Below are positions 40,696 through 57,733 of a stretch of DNA of 64,000 nt, piece after piece. Every line of letters starts with the position of its first letter. Within the stretch, counting starts at the first letter, position 1. Under the pieces are notes generated by a model. That model was not told the DNA's origin. It was given only the letters and a program-made list of their open reading frames with translations, and ran no database searches. The DNA is from Kudoa neothunni (taxonomy: Eukaryota; Animalia; Cnidaria): assembly GCA_964304625.1 (NCBI GenBank), contig OZ199839.1, positions 1,438,221 through 1,502,220 of the forward strand, given 5' to 3'. A program made the position numbers and the translations under genes.

Positions 40696-42720
40696 TAGGG
40701 CATGCAATTTTCGATTTTGATCAACTTAAACCGCCGAAATTGAATAAAAGTGCTGGCTTTTATTTATATAGATAAAAAAACGCTGATTATAAGATTCTAA
40801 TTTATTGTATTCGCTTAGTGTTACCCTTGAAAAAAACAACAACCAACAACACTACGACACACGACACGAGTAATCGTTAATACACATGTTAAACTAAGGA
40901 ATAAACACAAAGAGGAATGGATATGGGAAGAAAACGCAGAGAAATTTGAAAATATTTGTTTGAATGGAGCAATTTGGAAGCGACTGGAGACTCCCTATGC
41001 TGTAAATACTGCAAGATAATCTTACCATTCAAACAAAATAGAATTCAGGTACACATTGGTTCGCAAAAGCACATATCCATGAAAACAAGTTTAAATAAAA
41101 TGATTTTCGTCAAAAAATATTTTGCGTTATGACAAATCCAACTTGACTCAAATTGAAATGGATTTAGTTAATATCATCATTTTTGACGGTATTCCATTTA
41201 ATTCAATCAATAAAGCTAGTTATTTCAGATCTTTTACTTCAAAATATTGCCCTGCATCGAGGTCATTATCTGATGGAAGATCTCTCATTGATAGACACCT
41301 ACGTACAATATTCCAACATTGTGTAAGTGCTATTAAAGCAACGTTGATGGACCTTAGATTTAGCTTGATTATTGATGAATAACCCGGGATAAAGAACAGA
41401 CCTGTTTTTAATACACTAGCATGCTACTACGATCGTGATTCAAATACACCAAAAACAATTATGCTCGACTCTTCAAGACTTTTACAGTGTAATTCTGTCG
41501 TCGTCACAAAGCAGTTATCAACGGTAATAAAACGTTACAACTTATCATGGGATAACTGGATTGCGATTTTTTCGGATTCGGCACCATATATGAAACGAGT
41601 CTCTAAGGAATTCAAGACAATGTATCCACACATCATATTTATTCCAGGCTACTCCCATTAAATTCATCTCGCTGTTCCCAAAGCGATTAATATTCATTTA
41701 ATGAATATTAATAAGTTTTTTATGGAGTTTTCAGCTCTTTTAGGAAAAAATATGTTTTTGATTCACCTCAAAAATAATAACTTTGAGTGTTTCGACAAAA
41801 TACCCCCTGTAACAGATATCCGTTGGTACAACCTCTTTAACTGCTAAAAGCAGATGAAAGAATATTTTACAACTACGGTTGACTTTCTAAGCCAGATTAA
41901 AGAAGAAGAATTTGGCAAGAAATTAAATGAATTGTTCGAAATCAATCCGAAAAGTTTTTATGTTTTGTTTGTTTGGATATGTTGATGGAAAAACTTTCGT
42001 CTTTGATTGAATATTCCAAGTTTATTGAAACTGGAGAAAATCTATGTTTCTCGGATATATTTCATTTGATAACCGAAGATTTTGATATTAAAAAAATTAT
42101 TTTTTTGAAACTCTTGGAAATATCCCCCTTGACGCTCGAATTGACTTGATCAGAAAAACTGAATGCTTCCGTGATACGATTTCCCGAGACCTCCACCAAT
42201 ATATTTCAAATAGTATTAGCGAATGTTTTTCCTCAGCCACCTTTCTAGAGGCAATAAAACGCTGCAATCCAGACAATAATATATCAATTACAAACATCAA
42301 CATTTAAGGTCTTTGTTTTTTAGTTCAGACAGAAGATAAAACGGAAATTAGAAATGAATATAATTTTCTTTGTAAAATTCTTCAAACCTCCACCCAATTT
42401 GTTGATATCAATTATTGGACAAAAATATCAAATGTTTGTCCCTTACTGTCAAAAATTGTTCAAGGTTTACTGGTGGCACCTGTATCGTCCATAAGTGTGG
42501 AGAGAAGCTTTTCAAAAATGAATCATGTCTTTGGAAAAGACCGGATGAGCATATCTGATGAGCGCTTAATCGTGTTGAATATTTTAAACTTCAATGGACC
42601 ATCAATACTTTAGCCATTATTGTTAACATTATAGTATTTCTTCGTCGTTGTATATATTTATTGACCGATAAAAGCCGTCGATTTTGTTAAAAATAAACGT
42701 CGAAAATTTCGGCCTCGTTG
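40696..42720 (+). mobile_element. hAT DNA transposon relic (right end not identified)
   Basis: TAGGGCATGC left terminus at 40696. Contains the transposase pseudogene at 40923-42613. Confidence 0.6.
40923..42613 (+). pseudogene. hAT transposase pseudogene
   Basis: BED-like CKYC..H..H, SLIIDE, SDSAPYM, IRWY and dimerisation motif APVSSISVERSFS. Several in-frame stops and frameshifts; no introns seen. Confidence 0.9.
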
Positions 42721-42747
42721 TTATAAGCAAAGTTAACATATGCACAA

Positions 42748-42815
42748 TCGTCAGCAGAGCGGTAAGGCATCATCGCCTTTAAGTTATGGTTCGAGGGTCC
42801 GAACCTTGCCCACGA
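42748..42815 (+). pseudogene. Degenerate tRNA-like sequence
   Basis: TCGT...ACGA ends, D-loop-like GAGCGGTAAGGC, T-loop-like GGTCCGAACCT. Stems are broken. Confidence 0.45.
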
Positions 42816-43658
42816 TTATCTATTGCATTAAATGCAAATTAGTTTAATTTTATTTCCAATATTTCTCTGAAATCGAGTCATTTTCAATTTTTACTGTAAA
42901 GCACTTTAGAGATTACTATTATTAAAATCAACAATTTGAGTTACGAAATAGCAAGAACATCAATTTTTTTTCCTTATGTAATCTTTTTACACCTTATATA
43001 GAATTAAACAGTCAAAAATAGAATTATGATAATATATTATTTCTTTCCTTATCAAAATAAAATTATCAAAAGTATGCTAAAATATATCGTGTTACGCAAT
43101 ATCGAGTGTTGATTGTACATTTGAGTTTCCTCATTAACATAATTTACAAATGCACTGAGTGCGAAAGTCCTCTGACAGATGGTTAGTAAAAATTATTTGT
43201 AGGGATTGTTTTATAATTTAATATAAAAGTTTTACGCAATAATAAGAAACGAAATGTTGAAATCGTAAATTTTTCATATTAGCTTTTAGAAAATGGGGTC
43301 AACTTCGTCGTGTGAATGTCGTATTCTCTTCAAATTTAACAAGGTGCCTAATATAATTATGTATTTGTTAGTGTAACGTAATATTTCTAAACAATTAAAA
43401 TTCAACTATTATTTTTATTGTAATTAATGATTACTATGTCTTTTAATGTTTTAAACGAAGAAAAACGAAAATTTTTAATATTTTTCATTTTGTTTAATTA
43501 ATTTTTATATTGGTTCTATTATCACATTTAAATCCAAGGATAGGTATATTTTCACCGAATATATCTTTTGGAGAATGAGCCTCTCCATTTTATAATATAT
43601 TTTTCATGAAAATTTGAGAGTAGAACTATCAAAATTAATTATTGAAAAAAGTCATTAA

Positions 43659-45484
43659 TCTATCTATATAAAATTCTTTGTCTGTCAGTGTCCACAAATG
43701 CGCATGTGCCACGGAGAAACTTTTTTTAAATACGGCTTTAGTTTGCATTTGAATAGATGATAACATTAATAAAAATCGTTCATTTACTTGGAAGTATAAA
43801 TATAATCAATATCGAAGTCAGAAATAAGGAATTTTCTGGTTGTTTACTCAAATAGCAGATTAGATAGTACCCGCATAATATTAATGTTAGTTTACTTCAG
43901 AGTGATACTCAATTAGAATAAACTTTTACTTACTGCATATAAAGAGAATCTACTATTTATAATGTTTCAAAAATGTTACATATGCCTGTTTGGAGTAATT
44001 TTAAGACAGATAAAACTATTAACGTCACATTTACAAGAGTTGTTGCATTTCCCTTAAAATTTGAAGCATAACCAATTTATTTGGGATGTATTTTCATTTT
44101 TTAAGTGTTATGGATATAGTTAAGCGAAAAAGATTGTAGTCATTTTAAATAAAACACATAATTTGAGATTAAAGTTGTTGCCATGTTGGAATAATTTTGG
44201 TCTCTATACGCATTCTAAAAACGATTTTTGATGTGTGTAGAGTTTTCAAATAATTAAATTTTTGTGATAACTTCTTAAATGAAAATTTCTTTTTATCAAA
44301 TATATAGATTGAGATTGAAACTACGTTCGTCTTTTGATATTTATTTACTCATTTTTTGGTTTTCCTAAACTTTCTTGCAAAGCAACTGGCATAACTAATT
44401 CAATAAGTTTCTATATTTGATGAGATAATTTTTTAAATAATGTTTAAGTTCTTAGTAACCTAATTATTCCCTACCCGCAGACCTTAAGGTTAATATTCAA
44501 ATCAATATACTGTTTTCTTTAGGCTCACTTTAATTCATTATGATATAAAGCTGCATGAAAATATGCGACACTGCATTCGATACGTAGTTTCAGAATTTAT
44601 ATTCATAATTTCTTTTGCACAAAACACAGTCCCCTCTCAATACGTGTCTTGTAAGTTAGTAAGAAATTGTTGGTCTATTCGATCTAACCGATATTTTCAC
44701 AAAGTTTTCGTTAATCTAATCATTGTTCAATACAACGAAATTTTTTTAGGGAAATCAAACAGTACGTTAATTTTTAAAGGGGTGCATTCCTTCAAGAAAA
44801 CCAGTTGATGTTTAAGCATTACTGTAATTTTTCAAACCAAAAATACCTTTACATTTTATATTTAATCGTATTTTGACAATTAAATTTGTATATTGTTGAA
44901 CCAATAAGTATTCTTGATAAAAAGCAAGGTTGGATTTATTTATAAATGGAGGAATTTTGTTACAGTAGTGAATACGTTAGTTACCGCTCACAACTTTTTA
45001 AAACATCATTGGAATCATTATAAAATAGCGAAAAAAAGGAGTAACAATTAATATTTATAGTTCGGAGGCATCTTAGGTCGATTTAATTTTTTTATCATTT
45101 GTAGACTAATAATAAATTTTATAACTAGAAGGATTAATTTTTATTAAAAAATTTTGAAAAGAAAGGAAAGTCCTATTTAAGTTACTTGATGATTTTGTTT
45201 CATAGATAACTGAACTTTAATCGTGAATTAAATTGCTCATAAAATTAAGATCATTATATTTTTGGTCAATAATTTGTAAAATAAACTTAAAAATACTCAT
45301 TAATTTCTCTCAATACCTCTATTCACATTTGAATGGAAAGTGCTTGCATAATTTTGTTTACCTAAATCATTACATTGCAAAAGTAATGACAAGCTGTAAA
45401 ATGCATCAATTAAAATAGAAAAATAAAATGATAAGTTAAAATTTTTCATCACACAGTACCAGGCAACGCTGGGCATTAGCGATA
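43659..45484 (+). mobile_element. Non-autonomous Helitron-like element
   Basis: A|TCTATCTATATAAAA 5' end followed by TGTCTGTC. 3' hairpin CCAGGCAACGCTGG with a degenerate terminus. Confidence 0.5.
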
Positions 45485-47039
45485 TTTACTTAAAAATCCA
45501 AAAGGTTTTAATCTGAGCCGGGTTTTAGCCTACTTGACTGGGCAAGGGAGCCTTCGCGCTAGTCCTCAATAAAACTGTCGGTCAATGTTAAATCTGGTTG
45601 GAAAATCATTTGGCTGACTTTAAACTTTGCTTTTGAATAGTAACATTAAGTTGCAATAATAAAAGTTAGGATGTAAGTAATTTTGAGTAATCCAATTATA
45701 TATTTATTGAAATTTTACCTTAAAGTTAAACATATTTAAAAAAATATATTTATTTAATTTAATTTTATGCAACAAAATGTATAAAAGTATTTTGCTACGA
45801 AAGGTTTATTTTGGTGAGAGTAGACATTCAATTCTAATCCAAATATATTCTTCATGACACTCAGAGCATCAAACTGAGTACATGTTAATTTTGTTATAAA
45901 GTTTTAGGAGTGAAAAATACTTTTTCTATATCGCTTTACATTCTTAAATGGTAATTAGCGTATCATAACAAATATTTCTAGTTTATGCTAAACCGAGCTA
46001 GAAATATTTTTACTAATAAGTCTAAATACTTTCTGGTTACTAATAAGATCAATATTTTTGCGTTCAAATTCAGTAGATTAAACTGTCTTTTAATAATTTT
46101 GATTAGAAACTGAAATACGGTGGTTTTGAGGTAAATATACATATACGATAGATTTTATGTTTTTTTTAAATAGGTAAAAAGATATTAAATAGCTAGCCTA
46201 AAATATTCTTCATATAGCGTTTTGCAGCTTATTAAATTTTAAGATAATGAATTCAAGATATTTTGGTAAATTATAGTACGCTTGAATTGTTCTGTGGTGT
46301 TTTATAATGGTCAATGAAATAGCCATACTTCCCTACCATTATAGTTATGATCGCGCTATGAAATAACGCAAAATATGTTTTTTTCATTCAAATAGGATCT
46401 TGAGAGAGTATTTGATACGCAACTTTAAATTATATCTTAATTTATACTATTTCATCATTATTTTAATTCTCGGTTTTCTGATGCACTCAGTTAACGAAAA
46501 AATACATATTGTTATCGACAGAATGGTCGAAGCTTATTACAAAAAGCTTCATTCGGTAAATATTTATAAAACAACCACCAAAAACAAAAAGGCAAGCTCA
46601 AAAACAACACCGCAAAGTTTTATTTTTGTCATTTCAATATTTTGAGGAGAATAATCAAATCAAAATAAGTCTATTTGCGGGTTTTCGCGGAAGATATGAT
46701 ATTTTCTGAGGAAAACAGTGATAAATAGAAAATGTGGAATTTCCGCGCTCAGAAAATACATTTTTCTCATCTCTACAATCATTAGTAGCAATTATGGTCA
46801 TCATTTAGCGCATTGCCATGACGCGAAAATGTACGAAAATATAATTCAACCGACCTCGTGTTCGCTTTTATATTAGGTTTCTCATCGTGTTGCTAATGCT
46901 ACACTAAGCTGAATCAAATTCTAATTTTGTTAATAAAAGATTAAGGAATTATATTTGTGATCATTTTGCACCTTAGGAATGAAATTAATTGAGTTCTTTG
47001 AATGGTCGATTGGCCTAAACCTTCAAATTTTAATCTCTA

Positions 47040-48118
47040 CTAGCTGGAACTGCCCAGTGTTGCTTGGGGAAGATTTCGCCTAGAGGCATTTTTTAATAGC
47101 ATTCAAAAAATATATTGAAATCTCGAATTAACCCATAGAAACAAAATAACTAAAAATTTCGTGGCTCGGCATCAACGCTAAACAAGTTAAGGTCAACGTT
47201 GTATTTTTTTCATTCCGAATTATTTAAATCCCGTTAAAGTGTTATCTAAAACGTTATTTTTTGGCTCGGAGGATTTTTAAAAGTCGAATTCTGGCCTGGC
47301 TCGGTAACTGGGTGCACCACTAACTTTTTAAGAGATAAAAAAATAGAAAAAATAAAAGAAATAGAAGAAAACTTATGAAAATTAATCGATATTGCTAATA
47401 TTAGCATCGTTTAGCTCGGCATAAACATACATGCGCTTTTATCATAAACAGCCACAAATCGCGTCGACTTCAACATAAACAATTTAAATAATTTGGTAAA
47501 ATAAAAGTACAGCCATCGGCATTGAATTTAATCACGTAAAGTAAAACTTAGCGGACGATTTAATAAAACCTATGAACGCAGTATTTCCCTTATAACGCTT
47601 CAATCGATACAACTTTAACGTTCTCCACGAATTCGTTATTTATGAAACATATATAGATTTTTTACCACATTGAAAACCATTAATAGAACTTATAAAATAC
47701 ACTTATCAAGTCATATACGTTAAAACTCCGCAAATACGGAATGTGTTTTAAACAGACACCCAAATAGAAACGCCATTCTTATACATAAAGATAGACAGAA
47801 GCAGTTAATGAACATATGATGGAGCATATAAGGGAGATAGTTAACTTCAACCGACCATCACCATGACATAAGCAAGCGCTAATCCTATAGTTGAACTCAA
47901 GTAATCCGTTTGACAAAATCACTATTTTCTAAACACTTCTTGGAACATTTGATAGTGTGCAACGATTTAAAGATTTTTTGAAACATTGAAATTTTTATAA
48001 AATTTCATATATGGCTCTCTATAAAGGAAAAAATTATCCACACATGCGTACTTAGGGGCGTACACACACTGACACACAAACAAACATACCGACAGTCCTC
48101 TTTTATATATATAAAGGA
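47040..48118 (-). mobile_element. Non-autonomous Helitron-like element
   Basis: Minus strand begins A|TCCTTTATATATATAAAAGAG plus a (GTTT/GT)n tract. It ends with hairpin CCCAAGCAACACTGGG followed by CTAG|T. Confidence 0.7.
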
Positions 48119-50603
48119 TTATATGGTTATTGTGAATGTTATTTTCAGCCCATAATGGCGTGTATATATATTTGTAGAATAACTGGCTTCAATATATTTC
48201 GGTATATGAACGATGTGTATCCCGTATAATGAAGGTTACTGGGAGGAAAATTAATTTGTGGCCGCGCGAACGTACGTGGCATTATTGATTAAAATTTGTA
48301 GTGGTTAATTGTAGACCATTTTCGGAGTTTGTTCTATAAATTTTATTCGTAACTTGTATATTAAATTTACTAAAAATGTTGATAGCTAAGTAACTACTTT
48401 AAAATTATTTTCTCGCTCAAATTATAATATTTCTGGGACACATTCATTGCAGAGCAAATATTTTAAAATTAGTGTTGTAAGTTATAAAGAAATAGAATGA
48501 ATGATAATATTATTAAAGTAATAAAACATCGCTAACAAGTAAAAAACGTTTGGGCGTAATAAATTTAAAAAAATAATTTAGTTAAACGAGTAATTATTTG
48601 CAATATTATTGTAATATGACTGTTTAATCTATAGTATAATTACATTGTTTTACGGATGTTATTTTAAATGACGGCGAGTATAGACTTTGGGAAATTCACA
48701 ACGTAGTTAATTCTCCTAAAACTTTTTATTCAGCTTCTTTAAAATGTGTTTAGTATAAATATTTTGTCTTCCATTAATTATGGCAATAAGGAAAACTATT
48801 TTTCCTCTCAATCATTTTATAATATTTATTCATACAACGTTTTACCACAAATAATGAGGCAAATTCAATGTAATTAAATAACATTATTTTCAATTTGATT
48901 AGTAATAAAAGTTTTTGGTGTCATATTTTATTTTACTTAGTTGTTTTAAAATATCTAATTTAGAAAAATAAATCTTCATGTTTGAGTTAAAAAATTAAAC
49001 AGCCATTATTTAAGCCAATAGTTAATATAGAATATCTTATTCTGATATCGATATTTCGAAGAACTGTTAAAATTTTTAACATTTAATTTTGAGAAAGATA
49101 TAACTTTTTGTATATTTTCATCCACTTTTCAAAAAATACCTAAATATGTAAATTTATCATGGTTGGAACTGAGGTTATTTGAAAATATACATGTCTGAAT
49201 CCCATCATAATAATTTATTATTATCATTATTAATTAGTATTTTATTATTACATAATCACGATCATTAGTAAATGAGGAATAAACTAGATAAATGATTTCC
49301 CTTTTTACTAACTCAATTGTTGTTGTTAGAAATATTTCAAGAAACCAAAATAGTTGGTTGTAATATTTATTAAACACATAGTTCATAATTCACATCTGTT
49401 TGATAATACTATTTGGTAGAATTAAAAAATGGAACGTATTGATTCTATGTATTTTATGTGAACGATACTTCTGATTTAAATCTGGACTTTTTAAATCTCG
49501 TAAAATATTAAGTAAACAAAGATTTAAAATTAAAATAAATTATTCATTTTATATGGAAACGATTTATTTAAAGATAAAAGATAATAAGATAGATGTGAAA
49601 TTAGGATCGAATAAAAACGCCACAGCGTCTATTATGGCAGGGTTTCTCGACCGGAAGTAAATTTTAAACGACGGATAGTAAATTAAGTAACATCAAAGTT
49701 GGATAGGGGAAATTTTTGCATAATACGGTTTGCGACGTACTTAAGTATGTCTAAGGGATTATATTATTTAGGCTGTTAAATTTAATAATAAGTCGTCAGA
49801 AATGCCTAAAATGTTTTTAGGAATAAGTATTTAACAATTAAATACTTATAAAGTTATTGTTAGCCCCTTTCTTTTATCCTCGTTTATCTTTTAGAGGTGC
49901 AGCCTAATAATAATAATAATACTTAAGTCGCTATTTTCATGATAAATAGTATTCAGGTGTCACCTTTTTTGTCCATTTTTAATTATTTATGGCCTACAAA
50001 TCCAAAGAAATGGTTAAGAAATAGTTTAATTTGGAGAAATTTACAAAATTAAATCGGTAAACAGCTTATGAGCAAAAGTTTCTGGGATTGAAAATTGTCT
50101 TTAAACAAACGTACTTACCTTTAGAATTGAATTTACCGTGAGAATATCCTCTACTTAGCTTAACCAGTATAAAACCCTAAAGTAAGTATGAATTTGGCTT
50201 CCAAGTTAAGGGGGTAAATTTGAAAAAACAGTTGAAATACCCTGTACTAGGTAGGGATTAATCTAATTTTTTAGTACTAAAACTCTGTTTTTTCGCTATT
50301 AAAAGGAGAGGAATTTCAATTAGTTTAACTTCCACCGTTTATAATTAAAAAAGAGAAAACTCCTAAATGTTAAAAATAACTGTTTGTAATTTTGGATCAG
50401 GAGTTTGCTAACGTTTTAAAATTCTGTTAATTGAAGGAATGCATCGATGAGATGTTTTGGTTTGCACTATCATTCGAGTAAGCTTTAAAAAGAAAAATTG
50501 GAATAATGTAATCGCAACATTTGTTTTCCTTAAATAACTCAATACACACGAAGTGCTGTAACGACTAACGTATGTCAATAGATGCGTAATTTGGCGTGGA
50601 AGT

Positions 50604-53322
<2,719 letters not shown>

Positions 53323-55198
53323 GTTTCAAAAAAAGTACAACCCAATAGAGATTAGGTTTAATTCAGTACACGATCAGTACTTTTAGAAGATTAGAAGGGA
53401 GCGCATCGCTTAACATCGGATCAAAGAAATAGAAATTCCTTGCAATTCGATGGTTTAATATTTATTTCCATCCTATAATTCTTCAGTTTATAGCTTATTT
53501 GTTGATCGGATGCAGTTACAAGATTAATTAGTTAACTAATTTAGCCATTCACTCTTCCTAAGGGCATAATAAGATTTACACCTGTTAAATTCAGGATCAT
53601 TTCGAGGACGTAACAATTAATTCTGGTCGAGATATTGTATATACATACATAATTCCCTACATATTTATTTAAAGATACAAATGAACTATATTTATGGATA
53701 GAGAGATGATTATTTCTTTTATACAGATGACTATTCAACTTAATAGTTTGATCACGTTTTACAATCTTGGTTCTGTAATTGTAATAAATACTCGTTAAAG
53801 GCAAGATTTTTCCGATTTTTAGTGACTGATACGCTTTGATAAAGTATTATGCATTCTCAAGGCGTTAAAGATGTGAAAGAGTTTTGTCATCTTTCTTAGC
53901 TTTTATATTAATGATGTCTGTAGGTGTGACCTAAATATCCCCAGATAGTGAAATTATTAAAAAAGGGATTCAATAAATACAAGTTAAACTTTAATGCAAA
54001 TGCTGTCATCTAAAGAAATCTACATTGATTTAATTCGGTTTGCTTAATCCGACAAACGTTACCATAATTTAAATGACATTATCTTATTATTTTGAGTTTT
54101 AATAGAAATGAATAAAAAAATTGATAGGATTGAAAAAAAGCATGATAAAAAATAGAGGTGCCCTACAAAAAGTCAAATATTGAAATAGTCACGTTGCACA
54201 TGCGCAATATATAAGAATGTATCTATATATACCAGGGGCGACCGGACTTGCCCAGATCGAGAGAAAATTTTAAGGTTGCCAATATTTTCAAGAGTCACAA
54301 GGCATTAAAATCATTTATGTACCTCATACTTATTTAAAACTTACATCTTTGGTGAATATCAAGAAAATAAATTTGTAATTATTCAAGTTTAATTACCAGT
54401 TTTTGCAACCTGAACCGGACTTGTTGTCATCAAAACATCAAAACCGGAATACCTTACGTTACGGTTAATGTCAATTTTTGTTATTTATTTAATAGCGTTG
54501 GATAAACAAAGAGAAGTTTATATGTATAAGTACCAAATATAAATATTATTTTAATCCAGTTACGGTTGATATCCATAGGAGAAAAACACTGACCAAAGAA
54601 TGTCTTCGAATACTGAAAATAACATTTTAGATTATGTTCAGTCACCTTGATTGAGAAGTTTCTCATATTCCCTGTAATAGTGCTTTTGGGTGAATTAGCG
54701 GTCCTATAGTTTTTTCTCCAAATCATTTAGTGTTGACCTCGGAAACTTCTTTCTAGTCCTTCTACTCTGTTAACGACAAGATAACAAGCAAGAGCTCTCT
54801 TATCCTCAAAATGGCGCTTTTTTGACGTCTTGAATGCCACTTGATTTAGATCTAGTTTCATTGGCGATGAATGCGGTTTAAATATTGAAAAACCTAGTTT
54901 AAATTACAATGAATCCGGTTTAGGATGCAAAAACAAATATAACAAATAAATATTATTAATTTTTTTTAAGCTGTTTATATCTAAAAGAAAACGAAATATC
55001 AGAGATCAGCCAATTTTTGCATGTTTGCATTTCTGCAGCTAGGGGGGGAAGAAAATATTACTGATTTTTAGAGCTCACTCTTATTTTTATATTGGTTGAA
55101 ACCTAGTTTTTGTAAAAAAACATATAGATTTATAAAATAATCAAAATTTAATTAGTTGAATATTAATTTTTCTTCGAATACAGCAGCATTCACGGAAC

Positions 55199-57374
55199 GG
55201 TACCAGAATCGGTGGTACCTTTGTACACATGCGCCAATAAATGTCGCGAATTAATAAAGAAACGACTTTAGAAGCGCGCAGCCGACCACAGGACACAATT
55301 ATACACCAAATTCGTGCACCACGTGATTTGTTTTTTTAAGCTCGCGCGTTTATCATAGAGCAGGATTCGAACTCGCTGCCTTAACACCTACTGAAGGTTG
55401 CTAATCACAGACACCGTCTGGGCACGATATTAATTTATATATGTCATTTTGTATAACTTTTTTGGGCATGCAGCAACTTTCTATTTTGATATAATAACGA
55501 ATCATGATGTATAACTTTAAAAAAATGATCGAAAATTAACGCTTTCAAAAATATTTTCCTAATATATTATATATGTGGATTAAAACCATATGAGTTTTCG
55601 TCGGTTATAACAAACGTATTGCAAAAGTAATTATTTAAATTATCATATATAGAATATAGTTCATTAATTAAGTTTAAAAGTCAAGTCGTCCCAATTGTCT
55701 TAACATTTCCAAAAAGGGATCTTCCTTGTTTTTCAGATATTTTCGTTTGAAAATATATTTATAGAAATAACTAAGTCAAAATTTAATAATTGATCAATTA
55801 TCTATATAAAAACCTTGAGTACAAGTATTTTCTCGTTCCATTAGACGGTAAAGAAAGTTTCAACTGGCACCAAGTTGATTCAATAGTGTTAGTGTGTGTG
55901 CCGTCTTTCGCAACAGCACTCACTATGGTTTACCACGCGATGTTGATAACCTAATGAGGACAACTTTTTATATACTTTCGCTGCATCGGTATGTATAGTG
56001 GTACCTAAATACAGTTATATTGTTTTTATTTAAGATAAAAACCAGGTAAAATATATTTCTTGATCAATGGTATTAGAGTTTGGTGGTTTCTTTTATTGAC
56101 TGGGACGGCAAAAATACTGTGAGATCCTCGCTCTATACCACCAAATACCCATTGTCCTTCGATAGTTCGGTCGCGATTATACTTGCGTTTCCCGAATTTC
56201 GATTCGTCTATTTCGACGATTTTACCAGGACCTAACGAAATATTAATTATAAATAGAAAATATAATTACCTCCAATCTTTTGGGAATCCATTTGGAGAAT
56301 TTCTCCACACAGGAACCTAAATTCTTTTTTCCAGTCCACAAGTGTGTTTAAGGAGGAAATCCTTAAATCGGATATTATGAATTTATTCCTACATTCATGG
56401 ATCCAATAATAAATAAGTAATAAGATCGTCTAAAACTATTATATATAATGTTGAGTAAATCAAAATACTTTAATTTTTAACTTTGAAAATTCGAAAATAG
56501 AATTCTTACGAAGAGAAATAAATTTCCGACATTTTTTATTGTTACATCTCCAAGCAACTTTATGTATAATCATTTTTGTTTCTTTCACCAGTTTCACTGT
56601 ACCGGTTTTACATTTGGTACATACACCGGCTTTATCTTTTAACAAATTATAATTTGTTAAAAACTCTATAAGTCTGTTCTTGTTCGAGCACAACTTGTAT
56701 ATTTTGTTAGTGTTGAAACTTTTACTTAAATATATTATTCCGCGATATAATAAATTGGTTCTAGTAATTCCATAATTTATATAGCATTGTTCTTAAGGTT
56801 TGAGCATTTAATTGGTTAAATAATTTGCTTTATTTCTCTTTTTACTATTCATTTACCTTTTTTGAATTAATTAACGAAGACATTGAAATGTTCTAGACTT
56901 TAAATTTGTTGCAGATGATGATATTAAAATAAGTTTAAATGCTTTTAATCAATTATTAACTTTATTATTAATATGAAGTAGCTTTAAATTTGAAATATTA
57001 ATCATATTATTTCTGCCATGCCTTTATCAACTCATATATTAATAATCACATCAAATATAATTTTCGTAAAATTATTAATCGGGGTCCAAATAGCATAAAT
57101 AAGACGTAATATGTATTATAATAATTCTAAGTTGCAATAACCATGTTTTAGTTCTTAAAATTAATGATTTATGATCGGTGATTAGAGTCTTTGAGGATTT
57201 TGACATCAGTATTGTTGACATGTAACCCTGAAAAAATTCCTCAAACTAAAATAGCCGTGAAAATATTGTTTGAAACATAAACGAATGCGCCAGCTACAGA
57301 ATATCAGGCGATTTCTCGCTTTAGAGCGAACCTGGTTGGCGCACGCGCATAAGGGTACCACCGATTCTGATATG
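55199..57374 (-). mobile_element. Merlin (IS1016/IS1595-related) DNA transposon
   Basis: Inverted ends sharing CAGAATCGGTGGTACC (55204-55219 and 57354-57369) enclose the transposase. TSD not preserved. Confidence 0.85.
55674..56807 (-). pseudogene. Merlin transposase with four spliceosomal introns; two lesions
   Basis: Zn ribbon CTKC..WRCNNKKC, SLRKNSIF, KIGG|PGKIVEIDESKFGKRKYNR, WVFGGIER, PG|TTIHTD, VNHS, HTNTIESTW, DPF. In-frame TAA at 56793-56795 and a frameshift at about 55915. Confidence 0.9.
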
Positions 57375-57733
57375 GAGGGATTTTGTTTGTTCATTTGATG
57401 TGACTTATACAAAAATATTCAGAGACCAAAATTCATATTAAGACAAAGATGAAGCCGCTCCCGGTAAAAATAATTCAAAGATCATGTAATCTTCCACGCA
57501 TGCGCTCAGACACAAAAACGGAGAATTGTGATCTGTTTTTAGCGTCTACGTTGACTTTATACAGTAACAGTTCCATATCAAAATAAAAAATGATTTTGTT
57601 TAATATTATCCATCCAAAGAAAACAAATATCAAACATTTTATTTGACCATTTTCCCTAATCTTTAATCTCCGAAATTTGTTCATCTAATTTGTTTCGTAT
57701 AGATTTTTAATTTTTCAAATAAATCCTATAACG

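Noticed and set aside
54600-54780. Minus-strand RRTRKKFPRSTLNDLEK resembling a homeodomain N-terminus
   Set aside because: It is followed by stops, lacks the WFxN helix-3 motif, and lies inside an inverted-repeat-bounded relic (about 54400-54933).
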